From NCBI RefSeq assembly GCF_006345805.1, contig NC_043019.1, positions 14,693,360-14,757,359 of the forward strand: DNA of 64,000 nt. Direction: 5' to 3'. This document shows, piece by piece, positions 1 to 11,142 of the stretch; position 1 is the stretch's first letter; every line of letters starts with the position of its first letter. The notes beneath the pieces were generated by a model. That model made no database searches. It saw only the letters and a list, made by a program, of their open reading frames with translations, and was not told the DNA's origin. The stretch comes from Octopus sinensis (Eukaryota). The position numbers and the translations under genes are program-made.

Positions 1-222
1 AATGCTCTTAGCTTAGTTTTTCCTTGGGGCTGGCCAAATTGCAGCTATCTCAAGAATAATCAGCTGAAATTGCGAGGATAATCTGGTGCTTCACTGAGGA
101 AAGAAAACTTCGAATGACCCGTCCTTGTTTTCTTTGTATCGTCTATCTGGATGATTGTTGTCCCTTTCTTGTATCACCTAACTGTGTCCAGATGTTTTGC
201 GTTCTTGTCCCATTTTGCATTT

Positions 223-266
<44 letters not shown>

Positions 267-559
267 TAGATAGATAGATAGATAGATATTTATGTATGTG
301 TCTATTTATGTTTGACCCTGCCACCATTGCTTGACAACAAGCGTCGGTGTGTTTACGTCCCTGTAACTTAGCAGTTCAACAAAAGAGACTGATAGAATAA
401 GTACCAGGCTTATAAAGAATAAGTCCTGGTGGTCGATTTCTCCAACTAAAGAAAACCCCTTTAAGACGATGCTCCAGCATGGCCACAGCCAACTGGCTGA
501 AGCAGGTAAAAGAGTAAAAAGAGTAACAAAGGTAAATGGAGTCGAGTCTATGCCGCAAA

Positions 560-912
560 GCATCTGGAGGAGGTGTCGCCTGGCCCCCGTGCCAGTGGCA
601 CGTAAAAAGCACCATCCGACCGTGGCCGTTTGCCAGCCCCGTCTGGCCCCCTGTGCCGGTGGCACATAAAAAGCACCATCCGACCGTGGCCGTTTGCCAG
701 CCTCATCTGGCACCTGTGCCGGTGGCACATAAAAAGCACCCACTACACTCACGGAGTGGTTGGCGTGAGGAAGGGCATCCAGCCGTAGAAACGTTGCCAG
801 ATCAGACTGGGCCTGGTGCAGCCTCCTGGCTTCCCAGACCCCAGTTGAACCGTCCAACCCATGCTAGCATGGAGAGCAGATGCTAAATGATGATGATGAT
901 GATGATGATGAT
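560..912 (+). mobile_element. SINE-like family 3 with (GAT)n tail and modular tggcacgtaaaaagcacc units; also ~25700-26107(+), 26260-26650(-), 29058-29340(-), 34390-34694(+), 54430-54785(+), 58045-58450(-), 61320-61640(+)
   Basis: Shared gcgttaggaagggcatccagctgtagaaac...ggacgttaaacgatgatg body in many copies. Confidence 0.9.
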
Positions 913-942
913 GGGGGTGGGTATTAATAGAATTAAACTTAC

Positions 943-1336
943 GATTTTATTCTGGAAGACGTGTGAATTTCGTCAGGTAACTTATCAGAGCGGACTTCTT
1001 TACTTTCAGCCCCGACTAACGAAATCTTTTGAGAAGGTAAGCTACCCAGCGAAGCCGTTGCCATTGCATCTTGCACCTCGGGCCTGCAACTGTTGTTCAT
1101 CTCGAATGTGTCCCAGCTTACAGCAGATGGGTTCATGCTGAACGCCGTAGGGGCCTTTAAACGTGGCAGTCCACTGTAAATATTTTCCAGCAGCTCAGTG
1201 GTTGGACGGTGGTGTTGGTGTTGCGGAGGAGGTACATTTAAGTCGTTAGTGTTCAAATGTAACGAAGAAGAAATTAATGGCTTCGGCTGAGAATTCTCCA
1301 AACTTGGTGCTTCTTGTTGAGCTGAATCTTCTGTTT
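943..1336 (-). CDS. CEP350: CEP350-like exon 15 (ETEDSAQQEAPSLENSQPKP...SSRIK); gene continues left of the window
   Basis: Acceptor gcattccag, donor TC|gtaagt, phase 1-2, 394 nt open frame. Confidence 0.8.
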
Positions 1337-1589
1337 CTGGAATGCATATTAAAAGTATATTTCATAATCCTTTCTACTAAAGGCACAAGGCTTGAAAATT
1401 TCAGAGGGAGGGGTCGGGGGGTCTGGCTGATTACTCTGACCCCAGTGTGTAACTGGTACTTAATTTATAGACCTCAAAAGGATGAAAGGCAAAGTTGACC
1501 TCAAAGTTGAACCTAGAACGTGAAGGCAGACGAAACGCTGCCAAGCATTTCGTCTGGCTTGTTAACATTCTTGCCAACTTGCCACCCTA

Positions 1590-1628
1590 ACAATATTATT
1601 ATTAGTAATAATAATAATAATTTTAAAA

Positions 1629-1707
<79 letters not shown>

Positions 1708-1727
1708 GTAATAATAATAATAATAAT
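1590..1727. repeat. (AAT)n microsatellite
   Basis: Direct inspection. Confidence 0.95.
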
Positions 1728-1983
1728 TTCTTTATAGCCCACAGGGAGCTAAACACAGAGGGGACAAACAAGGACAGACAAACGGATTAAGTCGATTATA
1801 TCAACCCCAGTGCGTAACTGGTACTCAATTTATCGACCCCCGAAAGGATGAAAGGCAAAGTCGACCTCGGCGGATTTTGAACTCAGAACATAACGGCAGA
1901 CGAAATACCGCTAAGCATTTCATCCAGCATGCTAACGATTCTGCCAGCTCAATAATAATAGTAATAACAAATAATAATTTCAC

Positions 1984-2185
1984 CTGCTTTGTTGCATGTC
2001 CTATATTTTGATGTGAATATGTTGACAACACTGTATTTATCAGGTATATCATTCTTCTTCCATGGATATCTGGAGGAAACAGGTTTACACAGCCATGACG
2101 TGTCCACCACTTCCTGAGAATTTTCCGGAATGCGTTCCTCCACTTCATTCCCCCGCAATAATTCGGTATAATCATAATGCAGATT
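1984..2185 (-). CDS. CEP350: CEP350-like exon 14 (NLHYDYTELLRGNEVEERIPEN...RTCNKA)
   Basis: Long pyrimidine tract + ataaag acceptor, donor CAG|gtgaaa, phase 0-1. Confidence 0.8.
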
Positions 2186-2442
2186 CTTTATGGGGAAAAA
2201 AAGTAAAGAAAAAAGAAAAAAAGAGGAGATGATTCATCATCATCATCATCATCATCGTTTGACATCCGCTTTCCATGCTAGCATGGGTTGGACGATTAAT
2301 AATGGTTTCAAATGTTGGCACAATACAAGCAATTTTAAGAGAGGGGGTTAGTTGATTACATTGACCCACCCCCCTCAAGCTAAGTAAAATCGTTGTCTTC
2401 CCCACATACAGGCTTGTCTTAAAAAGCACCGGTGCTGGTGGT

Positions 2443-2906
2443 GTGTTGAGTAAAAACCTACAGAATTGGTCCCTAGAACAGTGGAAGAATGTTATTTTCT
2501 CAGACGAGTCACCCATTACCTTATTTCCGACCACTAGCCGAGTATACATGTGGAGACAGCCAAAAGAAGCATTTGACCCAGGCTGCCTTCTTCCAACTGT
2601 TAAACATGGAGGAGGATCTGTGATGATCTGGGAGTGGGGGCTATATCTTGGAAATCCGCTTGCCCAAAGGTTTCTTTACATAGCAGGATTAATAGTCAAG
2701 ACTATTTAAGCATTTTACCTGATCAAATCCATCCTATGGTTGCAGAACTGTTTCCGGAGAGAAATGCAATCTTTCAGGATGATAAATCACCAATTCACAC
2801 AGCTAAAATTGTTACTGAATGGCATGAGAAACATTCTAGTGAAGTTGAACATCTTATCTGGCCACCACAGTCCCCAGATCTCAATATTATTGAACATTTA
2901 TGGAGC
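2443..2906 (+). mobile_element. Tc1-type transposase relic, catalytic domain with DD36E spacing
   Basis: W..VIFSDES, TVKHGGGSVMIW, FQDDKSPIH, WPPQSPDLNIIEHLW; one frameshift near 2630; no TIRs seen. Confidence 0.9.
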
Positions 2907-3060
2907 ATGGAACATGGACGTTAAATGATGATGATGATGATGATATATATATACACACAGATTATAAATAAAGTTCACCTTAGAAGCACAATGATCATGT
3001 TCCCTGTCTATGTAGAAGACATTTAATGAAGAAGCCTGGATATAAAATTATTATATTTAC

Positions 3061-3156
3061 TTTGAATCTTGATGTTGGATTCGGAAAATCTGTAGTTTTA
3101 GGAGGTGTTGTCATCTCATCTGATGAAGCTGATATATTTTCAAAACATAGTTTTCC
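3061..3156 (-). CDS. CEP350: CEP350-like exon 13 (GKLCFENISASSDEM...TSRFK)
   Basis: Acceptor ctttattttcag, donor AAA|gtaaat, phase 0-0. Confidence 0.75.
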
Positions 3157-5122
3157 CTGAAAATAAAGGAAATAGTACAGACAGATATATATAAGTACAT
3201 ACAAAACTATAACATCTTCACATGTCATTAACTATAATCTATAATCTTCACATGTCATATTCACATGTCACATGTCAAAACTATAATCTTCACATGTCAT
3301 ATTTTCTTTGCAAAATAGTATCAGTTGGTTGCAAGTTCTCACAGAATGGCTTTTTATTTCAGAGGTCTCCTTCTCTTAGCTGGATTGTCTTCACTATGAC
3401 AAGTGAGCCCCATATCTACCTTTGACTGTATTGGATGGTCGTTGATTCACCTGAGTTCCTATGCCCTTTGACGGGGCTTGTTTTCCATCCCACAGGGTGT
3501 TCAAAAATCACCCTCCTCACTACGACAGCTTGGTGGAGTTGCTAGTTTAGTGACCGGCGACCAGACCATGCAACATGTACCTGGGTTAAATGTTACGAGC
3601 AATACTCAACCCACCTGACAAAGACGCAGCAGTCTTATATACACACATGCACTTATGCAGTGTTATCTCCCCTTCACTCGACCCCTTTCTTCTGGTCATT
3701 TCATCATGTAAAACTGTTAATCCTCATGTCCTGTAAGTTCAACATCCCAAACCATATGGCTGTGGGTTCAGTCCCATTGCACAGTACCTTGGGTAAGTGT
3801 CTTCTACTATAGTTCCAGGTTGACCAAAAACCTTGCAAGTAGTTTTGGTAGATGGAAACTCAAAGAAGCTCTGTATGTATGTATCTGCATATGTGTGTGT
3901 GTGTGTGTGCGTGAGTGTGTGCACTGTGTGCAGGCATATGTATATGTGTGTATACATGTGCATACCCTTGTCTTAGTATATATATGAACAAGGCAGTGAG
4001 ATGGCAGAATCGTTAGCAAGCTTATGCAAAAGTAATTGTTAAATACTGAAGGAATTTCATTGTTAGGGGCTTTTAAAAAAAAACTCAAGGTATAATATTT
4101 TGCACCGACATGGCCTTCTTATAAGCAGTAACAATGTTTCATGTATAAAACTTCATAAAAATAAATAAACAAACAACATAGGTGCAACATTAAAAAATTC
4201 TACCTTTAATTTAGATCTGGGTGGGGGTGTCTGTGCCTCATCGCATGAAGAAACTGAGTTTCTTTCAAGATAGCGGTTAGCCTGAAAGAGATATGTCAGT
4301 TGTAACATTTGAGAATAAGGTCAGGTTTGGAATGGCAAAAAATAAGGGAAGCATTCAACAGCCTGGCGGTAATTAATGTTTCTCAATAATGAATTTTACG
4401 TATGGTTTGCGGTAAGAAGTTTGCTTCCTAGTCACATAGTTCCAGATTCAGTTGCACTGCACAGAACCTTGGGCCAATCAAGGCCTTGAGTGGATTTAGT
4501 AAATAGAAACTGAAAGAAGCTCATCATGTGTGTGTGTGTTTGTGTGTGTGTGTATGTGTGTGTGCCTTTGTGTGTGTTTGTCCCCCACCACTGCTTGTGT
4601 ATGTGTTTATGTACCCTTAACTTAGTGGTTCAACAAAAGGGACCAATAGAATAAGTACCAGGCTTTACAAGAAGATAAGTACTAGGGTTAGTTTGTTCAA
4701 CTAAAATTCTTCAAGGTGGTTGCCCCAGCATGGCCATAATCGAATGACAAAAGCAAGAAAAAGATAAAAGATAAATAAAATTTACTTTCACTGTTTGAAT
4801 CCCACTGAAATAAATATTAGGAATTAGTGCCAAGCTGTGTGTCTTGTAGGATTTGTGAGCATTAGCTCAGACTGTTTGGCCAAGTTGCATGATTTTCAGA
4901 ATTAGACCACGTTCTCCTCGCTGCTTATCACGTTGTCACTGCTTACCACGTTCTCATCACTGCCAGGATCTGGCTGGATTGACAGCTCATGTAGGTTGAC
5001 CACAAACAACACGGTCATGGCAGATGAAGAGGCGTTTCGCTGAGATGAGGGCTGACTGGGCATACTGGTGCCACATAAAAAGCACCCACAATGGTGCCAT
5101 GTAAAAAAAAACACCTATAACG

Positions 5123-5545
5123 GTGCCACATGAAAGGCACCCACACTGGTGCCACATGAAAGGCACCCAAGCTTGTGCCACATAAAAGGCACCCATGCTG
5201 GTGTCACATAAAAGGTACCCATGCTGATGCCACATGAAAGGCACCCAAGCTTGTGCCACATAAAAGGCACCCATGCTGGTGCCACATAAAAGGTACCCAT
5301 GCTGATGCCACATGAAAGGCACCCACACTGGTGCCACATGAAAGGCACCCAAGCTTGTGCCACATAAAAGGCACCCATGCTGGTGCCACATAAAAGGTAC
5401 CCATGCTGATGCCACATGAAAGGCACCCACACTGGTGCCACATGAAAGGCACCCAAGCTTGTGCCACATAAAAGGCACCCATGCTGGTGCCACATAAAAG
5501 GCACCCATGCTGATGCCACATGAAAGGCACCCATACTGGTGCCAC
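5123..5545. repeat. 26-bp minisatellite with 104-bp four-unit higher-order repeat
   Basis: Units gtgccacatRaaaggYacccaNNctN in order ABCD-BCD-ABCD-ABCD. Confidence 0.9.
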
Positions 5546-5722
5546 ATGAAACGCACAGATACTGGTGTCACGCAAAAGGCCTGCTTGGAAATAAGTGAGG
5601 GTTGATGACAGGAAGAGCATTTGGCCATAGAAAATCTGTCTCAACAAGTTCTGTCCAACCCGATGACGATTATAATCCAGGAAGATTAAAACTGAAGTCC
5701 AAAGGCAAAGATTAAACCTTAC

Positions 5723-5874
5723 CTTCTCACTGAAGTCCGTTTGGCCAGTCAGTCTCTGCCAATGGAGGTTTTTGCGTACAGTGTAGCCACGGTAAACTGC
5801 CTGGATACACGTAGCCGCATCTTTTTCCTTCTTGTCGAATACTTCCGCTGCTTTTTCCTGAATATTTTGAACTC
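5723..5874 (-). CDS. CEP350: CEP350-like exon 12 with IQ motif (EKDAATCIQAVYRGYTVRKNLHW)
   Basis: Acceptor ttcttctctctcaag, donor AAG|gtaagg, phase 1-0; IQxxxRGxxxRK consensus. Confidence 0.85.
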
Positions 5875-6091
5875 CTTGAGAGAGAAGAAAGAATTACAGG
5901 TAAGAAATGAAACTACTTGGGGGCAGAGAAACCTGGTGCAGTCGTCTGCTTTGCCAGCTCCTGTCAAACGCATGCCAGCACGGATAACAGATGTTAAATG
6001 ATGATGATGATGATGATGAAAAATGTTGTACTTGATGATGTAATAGGATCTTGGAAGTAAAATGGAGGCTATGATATTAACAACACATACA

Positions 6092-6576
6092 TCTTTATAT
6101 ATAAAAGAGAAGTTGTGTGTCTGTCTCCTACAATTTAGATTCCTAACTACTCCCACATTTTGCGGTGCAGTTTAACCAAAACCGGGTATCTTATAGTCGT
6201 GATTCATAATGAGCCCTTCTGGGTATTAGCGTGCGTCTACGATGAGTCTACGATTTAAAAAAAATTTACCATAATTTTTTTCCATTTTAATGCATTTTTT
6301 CGCTATTATATAAGGGAAGTAACTCTCTAAAAATGTCTACAATGAGTCAACGATTTAAAAAAAATTTACCATAATTTTTTTCCATTTTAATGCATTTTTT
6401 CGCTATTATATAAGGGAAGTAACTCTCTAAAAATGTCTACAATGAGTCAACGATTTAAAAAAAATTTACCATAATTTTTTTTCCATTTTTAATGCATTTT
6501 TTTGCTATAACTCTCTAAAAATGCTTATATAGTTATTTCCCTTACAAACCCGAGCAACGCCGGGCGATACTGCTAG
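6092..6576 (+). mobile_element. Non-autonomous Helitron with internal 100-bp tandem repeat
   Basis: A|TC...CTAG|T termini, GC hairpin cccgagcaacgccggg 8 nt before CTAG, no TSD. Confidence 0.8.
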
Positions 6577-7562
6577 TCTTTTATACATAAAAACTAATGG
6601 ACAGAGAGAGAAGTCACTGAAAAGGATGAAAATGGCAACAAAAGAACTTTAACACACAAAAACAACAAAAAAAAACGAATCAAGTACATCAACATCAAAA
6701 TGAAAATCAAATGGAAATTGTAGTTGTGATAACATGCTGGTGGCACGTAAAATGCACCATCCAGCTGTAGAAACACTGCTAGATCAGACTGGAGCCTGGT
6801 GCAGCCTCCCGGCATGTAAAAGCAGCCATTACACTCTCAGAGTGGTTGACGCTAGGAAGGGCATCTAGCTGTAGAAACCCTGTCAAATCAGACTGGAGCC
6901 TGGTGCAGCCCCTCCGCTTACCAGCTCTAGTAAAACCATCAAACCATGGGTTGGACGATTAAACCGTCCAACCCATGCTAGCATTAATAATAATAATAAT
7001 AAATGCCTTGATGTAGTACCAGGCAGTGGTTCTCATGGCTTCTGATCTTAACTGATTGGAAGTGTTATCATGTACATTGGTTTGTCTTGGTATAAAAGAT
7101 GGGCTACAGCAAATATTCTGCTCAATTCCACAGATTTGTCTGTCAGTTGTTTGACCTTAACCAGTTGAGCATGTCCCTTAGTGGCTGACGATATGTGCAT
7201 CTCTGATCACAAGCAGAAGTAGTGGGGGAGCATTATAGCCATGTGTTGAGAGGGATTATTTGGGGTTTGAATAATTCACCTTTGGAAACATGGGTGGTTC
7301 GTTCAACATCCTTAAACAACCCTTTTTCAGGAACCTTTTGAGTGGTATGGGCTACTCGACCTGAAGAAAATTCTAACTGGGCCCCACCTGCAAGGTCATG
7401 TGCTGTTTATCTTGATATGAGATCACCATGTCGCGCACATATGGTTGTGATGCATGTGCCTGGTGTACCCTTATCAGACGGGTAGTCATGATGGGTATAC
7501 TGGGCTTCGTATATTTTACCCCAGTGTCACTTTGATGGCATGCATTGCTCTCTCACTCAATA

Positions 7563-7594
<32 letters not shown>

Positions 7595-7608
7595 GTAATA
7601 ATTTTTAC

Positions 7609-7683
7609 CTGGTAAACTTTGGTCTGTTTTGGCTCCAGCAAAAACGGGCTCTTCTTCAGGTATTATGATATTGGAAGAAGAAA
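7609..7683 (-). CDS. CEP350: CEP350-like exon 11 (VSSSNIIIPEEEPVFAGAKTDQSLP)
   Basis: Acceptor ttattttcatag, donor CAG|gtaaaa, 75 nt, phase 1-1. Confidence 0.7.
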
Positions 7684-7967
7684 CTATGAAAATAATAAAA
7701 AAAATTTGTTAAAGGACTGATATATTAAGTATCTTTATAGACCCCTAAACATTTCGCCTGTGCATGCTAACGTTTCTGCCGGCTCGCCACCTTTCTCTAA
7801 CATACAATCTTAATTACTGAGCCCTGACATGCCCATATTAAGCTGAATGAACCATTTAATCTGGAGACCTTTGGCAATATACTGGGCTTGAGAAAAAGAC
7901 CCATCAGGCCAAGGGAAATAGTAGTTGTGGCAGCTTCTGATGTCACACAACTGGCACTCATGCAAGT

Positions 7968-8279
7968 GGCATGTAAAAGCACCCATTACACTCTCAGAGT
8001 GGTTGACGCTAGGAAGGGCATCCAGCTGTAAAAACCCTGTCAAATCAGACTGGAGCCTGGTGCAGCCTCCTGGCATGTAAAAGCACCCATTACACTCTCA
8101 GAGTGGTTGACGCTAGGAAGGGCATCCAGCTGTAAAAACCCTGTCAAATCAGACTGGAGCCTGGTGCAGCCTCCTGGCATGTAAAAGCACCCATTACACT
8201 CTCAGAGTGGTTGACGCTAGGAAGGGCATCCAGCTGTATAAACCCTATCAAATCAGACTGGAGCCTGGTGCAGCCCCTC
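7968..8279. repeat. 104-bp SINE segment triplicated in tandem
   Basis: Units start at 7968, 8072, 8176. Confidence 0.9.
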
Positions 8280-8657
8280 CGCTTACCAGCTCTGGTAAAA
8301 CCATCCAACCCATGCCCGCAGGGACAATGGATTTTACATGATGATGATGATGATAATGATGCTACACATACACATATACTTACTGGGGAAATTGCTGGTT
8401 TGACACATCTCCTTGATTTTATGGGTCAGGGTGGCAGCTGATTCCCGAAGGTCATGTAATCTATTCAAATCTGCGGACCATTGTCGAGTAACTAAAATAA
8501 CAGAAATGTCATATACACACATTAATAAACAAATAAATATATATGTGAGAAGGAAGAAAGAGAAAATAGGAAGGCTTCTGAAAGCGGGAAGTTTTGCAAA
8601 ACCTTTATATTTCTGGCACAAAGGTCCATCCTCAGAAGTAAAACAGTCTGGGAAATT

Positions 8658-9072
8658 GGATCTTTTCAGTTTGAACGGCAGTTTTTTTATAGCGTTGTCA
8701 TATGAAATTTTCACCCATAATTATGACCCTAGTATCGATCTATTGCATTTCAATCTGTTTTAGGGTTAGTTAGGGTTGGGGGGGGAGTATCTTTTTTTCT
8801 TCAGAAATGTAAATAAACCCAATCTGTTTCTTAAACGAGGGACATATTCATACGGCACAGAATGTTTTCACCTCAATAGACGTCATTGATTGGTTGAAAT
8901 TGCAGAAATTGAAGAAAAAAAGCAACAAATATCTTACAAACTATAGAATTTTCTCAATAAAGCCAAGGGAAAAAGATGTTTTCTAAACACATTCTAACAG
9001 TATACAAAGTTTAAAAGTGTTTAGTTACGTGGAAAATATTTTAAAAAACTGCCGGTCAAACCAAAAAGATCC
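8658..9072. mobile_element. MITE with 30-bp TIRs and probable 8-bp TSD (Merlin- or hAT-like)
   Basis: TIR ggatcttttcagtttgaacggcagtttttt vs aaaaaactgccggtcaaaccaaaaagatcc (3 mismatches); flanks gggaaatt / gggaaatg. Confidence 0.75.
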
Positions 9073-9728
9073 GGGAAATGTCTTGTTTTACTGGTTCCAT
9101 TAACCCATTCAAATTCCTCAGTGTTATGTTAGCAGCAGCAGTAGCAGTCACTCTCCAAATATTGGTGTAATCAACTCTCCAAGCTTTGGTGTAAACAAAC
9201 AGCCAACTGTTGCTGTAGGCAACTCACCAACTGTTGGATGATGGGATGCAGCAGTAGTAGGCTCAGATGGCAAAAGTGAGTAATCCTGTGGCAGACTGGC
9301 GTCCCGTCCAGGTGGGGAGTGGCTGTGTGGTAAGTAGCTTGCTAACCAACCACATGCTTCCGGGTTCAGTCCCACTGCGTGACATCTTGGGTAAGTGTCT
9401 TCTGCTATAGCCCTGGGCTGACCAATGCCTTGTGAGTGGATTTGGTAGACGGAAACTGAAAGAAGCCTGTCGTATATATGTATATATATATATGTGTGTG
9501 TGTGTGTTTGTGTGTCTGTGTTTGTCCCCCAAGCATTGCTTGACAACCGATGCTGGTGTGCTTACGTCCCCGTCACTTAGCGATTCGGCAAAAAGAGACC
9601 GATAGAATAAGTACTGGGCTTACAAAGAATAAGTCCCGAGGTCGATTTGCTCGACTAAAGGCGGTGCTCCAGCATGGCCGCAGTCAAATGACTGAAACAA
9701 GTAAAAGAGTATATATATGTGTGTGTGT

Positions 9729-10025
9729 GGAGGCGCAATGGCCCAGTGGTTAGGGCAGCAGACTCGCAGTTGTAGGATCACGGTTTCAATTCCCAGACCG
9801 GGCGTTGTGAGTGTTTATTGAGCGAAAACACCTAAAGCTCCACGAGGCTCCAGCAAGGGGTGGTGGCGTTCCTTGCTGTACTCTTTCGCCACAGCTTTCT
9901 CTCACACTTTCTTCTGTTGGCCTGCTCGCTTAGCCAGCAGGGTGGCGTCACTTGAAGGCTAAAACAATGAGAAGCGCATTGTGACCAGCGATGTTTAGCA
10001 ACATCTGATAGCCTGGTCGGTCACG
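9729..10025 (+). mobile_element. SINE family 2 (head ggaggcgcaatggcccagtggttaggg); also ~18884-19276(-), 50549-50830(+), related heads 18420-18715(-), 62107-62500(+)
   Basis: tRNA-like head with ggtttc(g/a)attccc B-box-like motif; dispersed copies. Confidence 0.85.
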
Positions 10026-10837
10026 GTTCTATATATATATGTCATGAACCTATGAAATTAGTGCTTATGAGTCGGTATGACTCAAGAAGATAACTTTACC
10101 AGTAGGAGCAGGCACGGTCCTAGGAATTTTTTGAAAGGAAGGCCCAAGGTCAGAAGGGAATACAAAAAAACAAGGAGAAAAGGACGTAATAACATTATTT
10201 AGAAGGGCACACTTCTTTTCTTGAGTGAGGGGCATGTGTCCCTCAGGTACTCCCTTGGGTCTGCCCCTGAGGAGAGGAAAAGAGGAGGGCGAACATTAGC
10301 ACAAGTCTACAAATTTGTAGATGAGAAATCGGTTGACTGAGTCATGTATATTCCTGTGATTTGTTTAACAATGCCAGGGATCAGAGACAAATTTGACCCT
10401 GGCTGAATTTGAACTGTGAATCTGAAGGGTATGGGGAGGAGCATACACCATTCCAGCACATCACTGCATCAACCATTTGTTGGTATTTACTCAGGGTGTC
10501 CTGGGCAACCCTCCCGGCAATGCCCCAGTCAGTCCCCTGTCTCTGTCAGATATTTCCTCATCCAGGTAAAACTGTCTTGCCGAGCTCCTTGATTTTTTTT
10601 CCACCTGCTTCATGAATACCATGTTCTGTTCGGCAAGGATCTGGTTGGGGGTTGGTTGGCCACATACCACATGGTCGTGGCAGATGAGTCTAAAACTACT
10701 TAACTAAATCCCACATGGTATTTTCTTTAGCAATCTAAAACACAATAATCAATCGATGATCCCAACATAAGTATATCTATGTATGTAACCGAATGCTCTA
10801 CAAATAACATAACATAAATCTTCTTATATTGTATTAC

Positions 10838-11028
10838 CTAATTGAGTACGAGAGATGGGTCCAGGTACCAGTGGATTTACAGGCTTGTTTGTTGAGAGAA
10901 GACTGTGATAGAAATAGTCGGAAGATTTTCGGTCAGCAGCAGGATTTTGCAGAGAATGCGTCCTTGGGAAGTGGCATGTGCATTTGTTGCAGGCAGCATC
11001 ATTGCTTTGACTCAGCTGGTCAGACATA
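10838..11028 (-). CDS. CEP350: CEP350-like exon 10 (MSDQLSQSNDAACNKC...SRTQL)
   Basis: Acceptor gtatttcag, donor TAG|gtaata, phase 2-1 fits both neighbours. Confidence 0.8.
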
Positions 11029-11142
11029 CTGAAATACATTTAGAATATATTCATAAATGAGAAAAACAAATAAGGGAGAAAGAAATTTCCTTACCGTGTT
11101 ATACATATGTATGTATGTGTATGTATGTATGTATATAGGCCC

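Noticed and set aside
90-125. ctgaggaaagaaaacttcgaatgacc as another hammerhead (also ~52325-52350)
   Set aside because: GAAU instead of GAAA and no convincing stem I/III; too weak without a family consensus.
4948-4974. Possible 27-nt phase 0-0 microexon (PDPGSDENV|gtaagc)
   Set aside because: No pyrimidine tract, and it lies in a short tandem repeat next to a LINE fossil.
4987-5647. Repetitive ORFs of 139-213 aa (also 16165-16815)
   Set aside because: Products of 26-bp minisatellites, open in several frames, with no splice or homology support.
8759-8777. Interstitial telomere
   Set aside because: Only two or three TTAGGG-like units, inside a MITE.
9195-9290. Possible extra exon (DYSLLPSEPTT...PTV|gtgagt)
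   Set aside because: The acceptor lies in SINE sequence and its phase (0-1) does not fit between exons 10 and 11.
9316-9390. tRNA genes
   Set aside because: All tRNA-like segments are SINE heads continuing into SINE bodies; I could not fold a complete cloverleaf.
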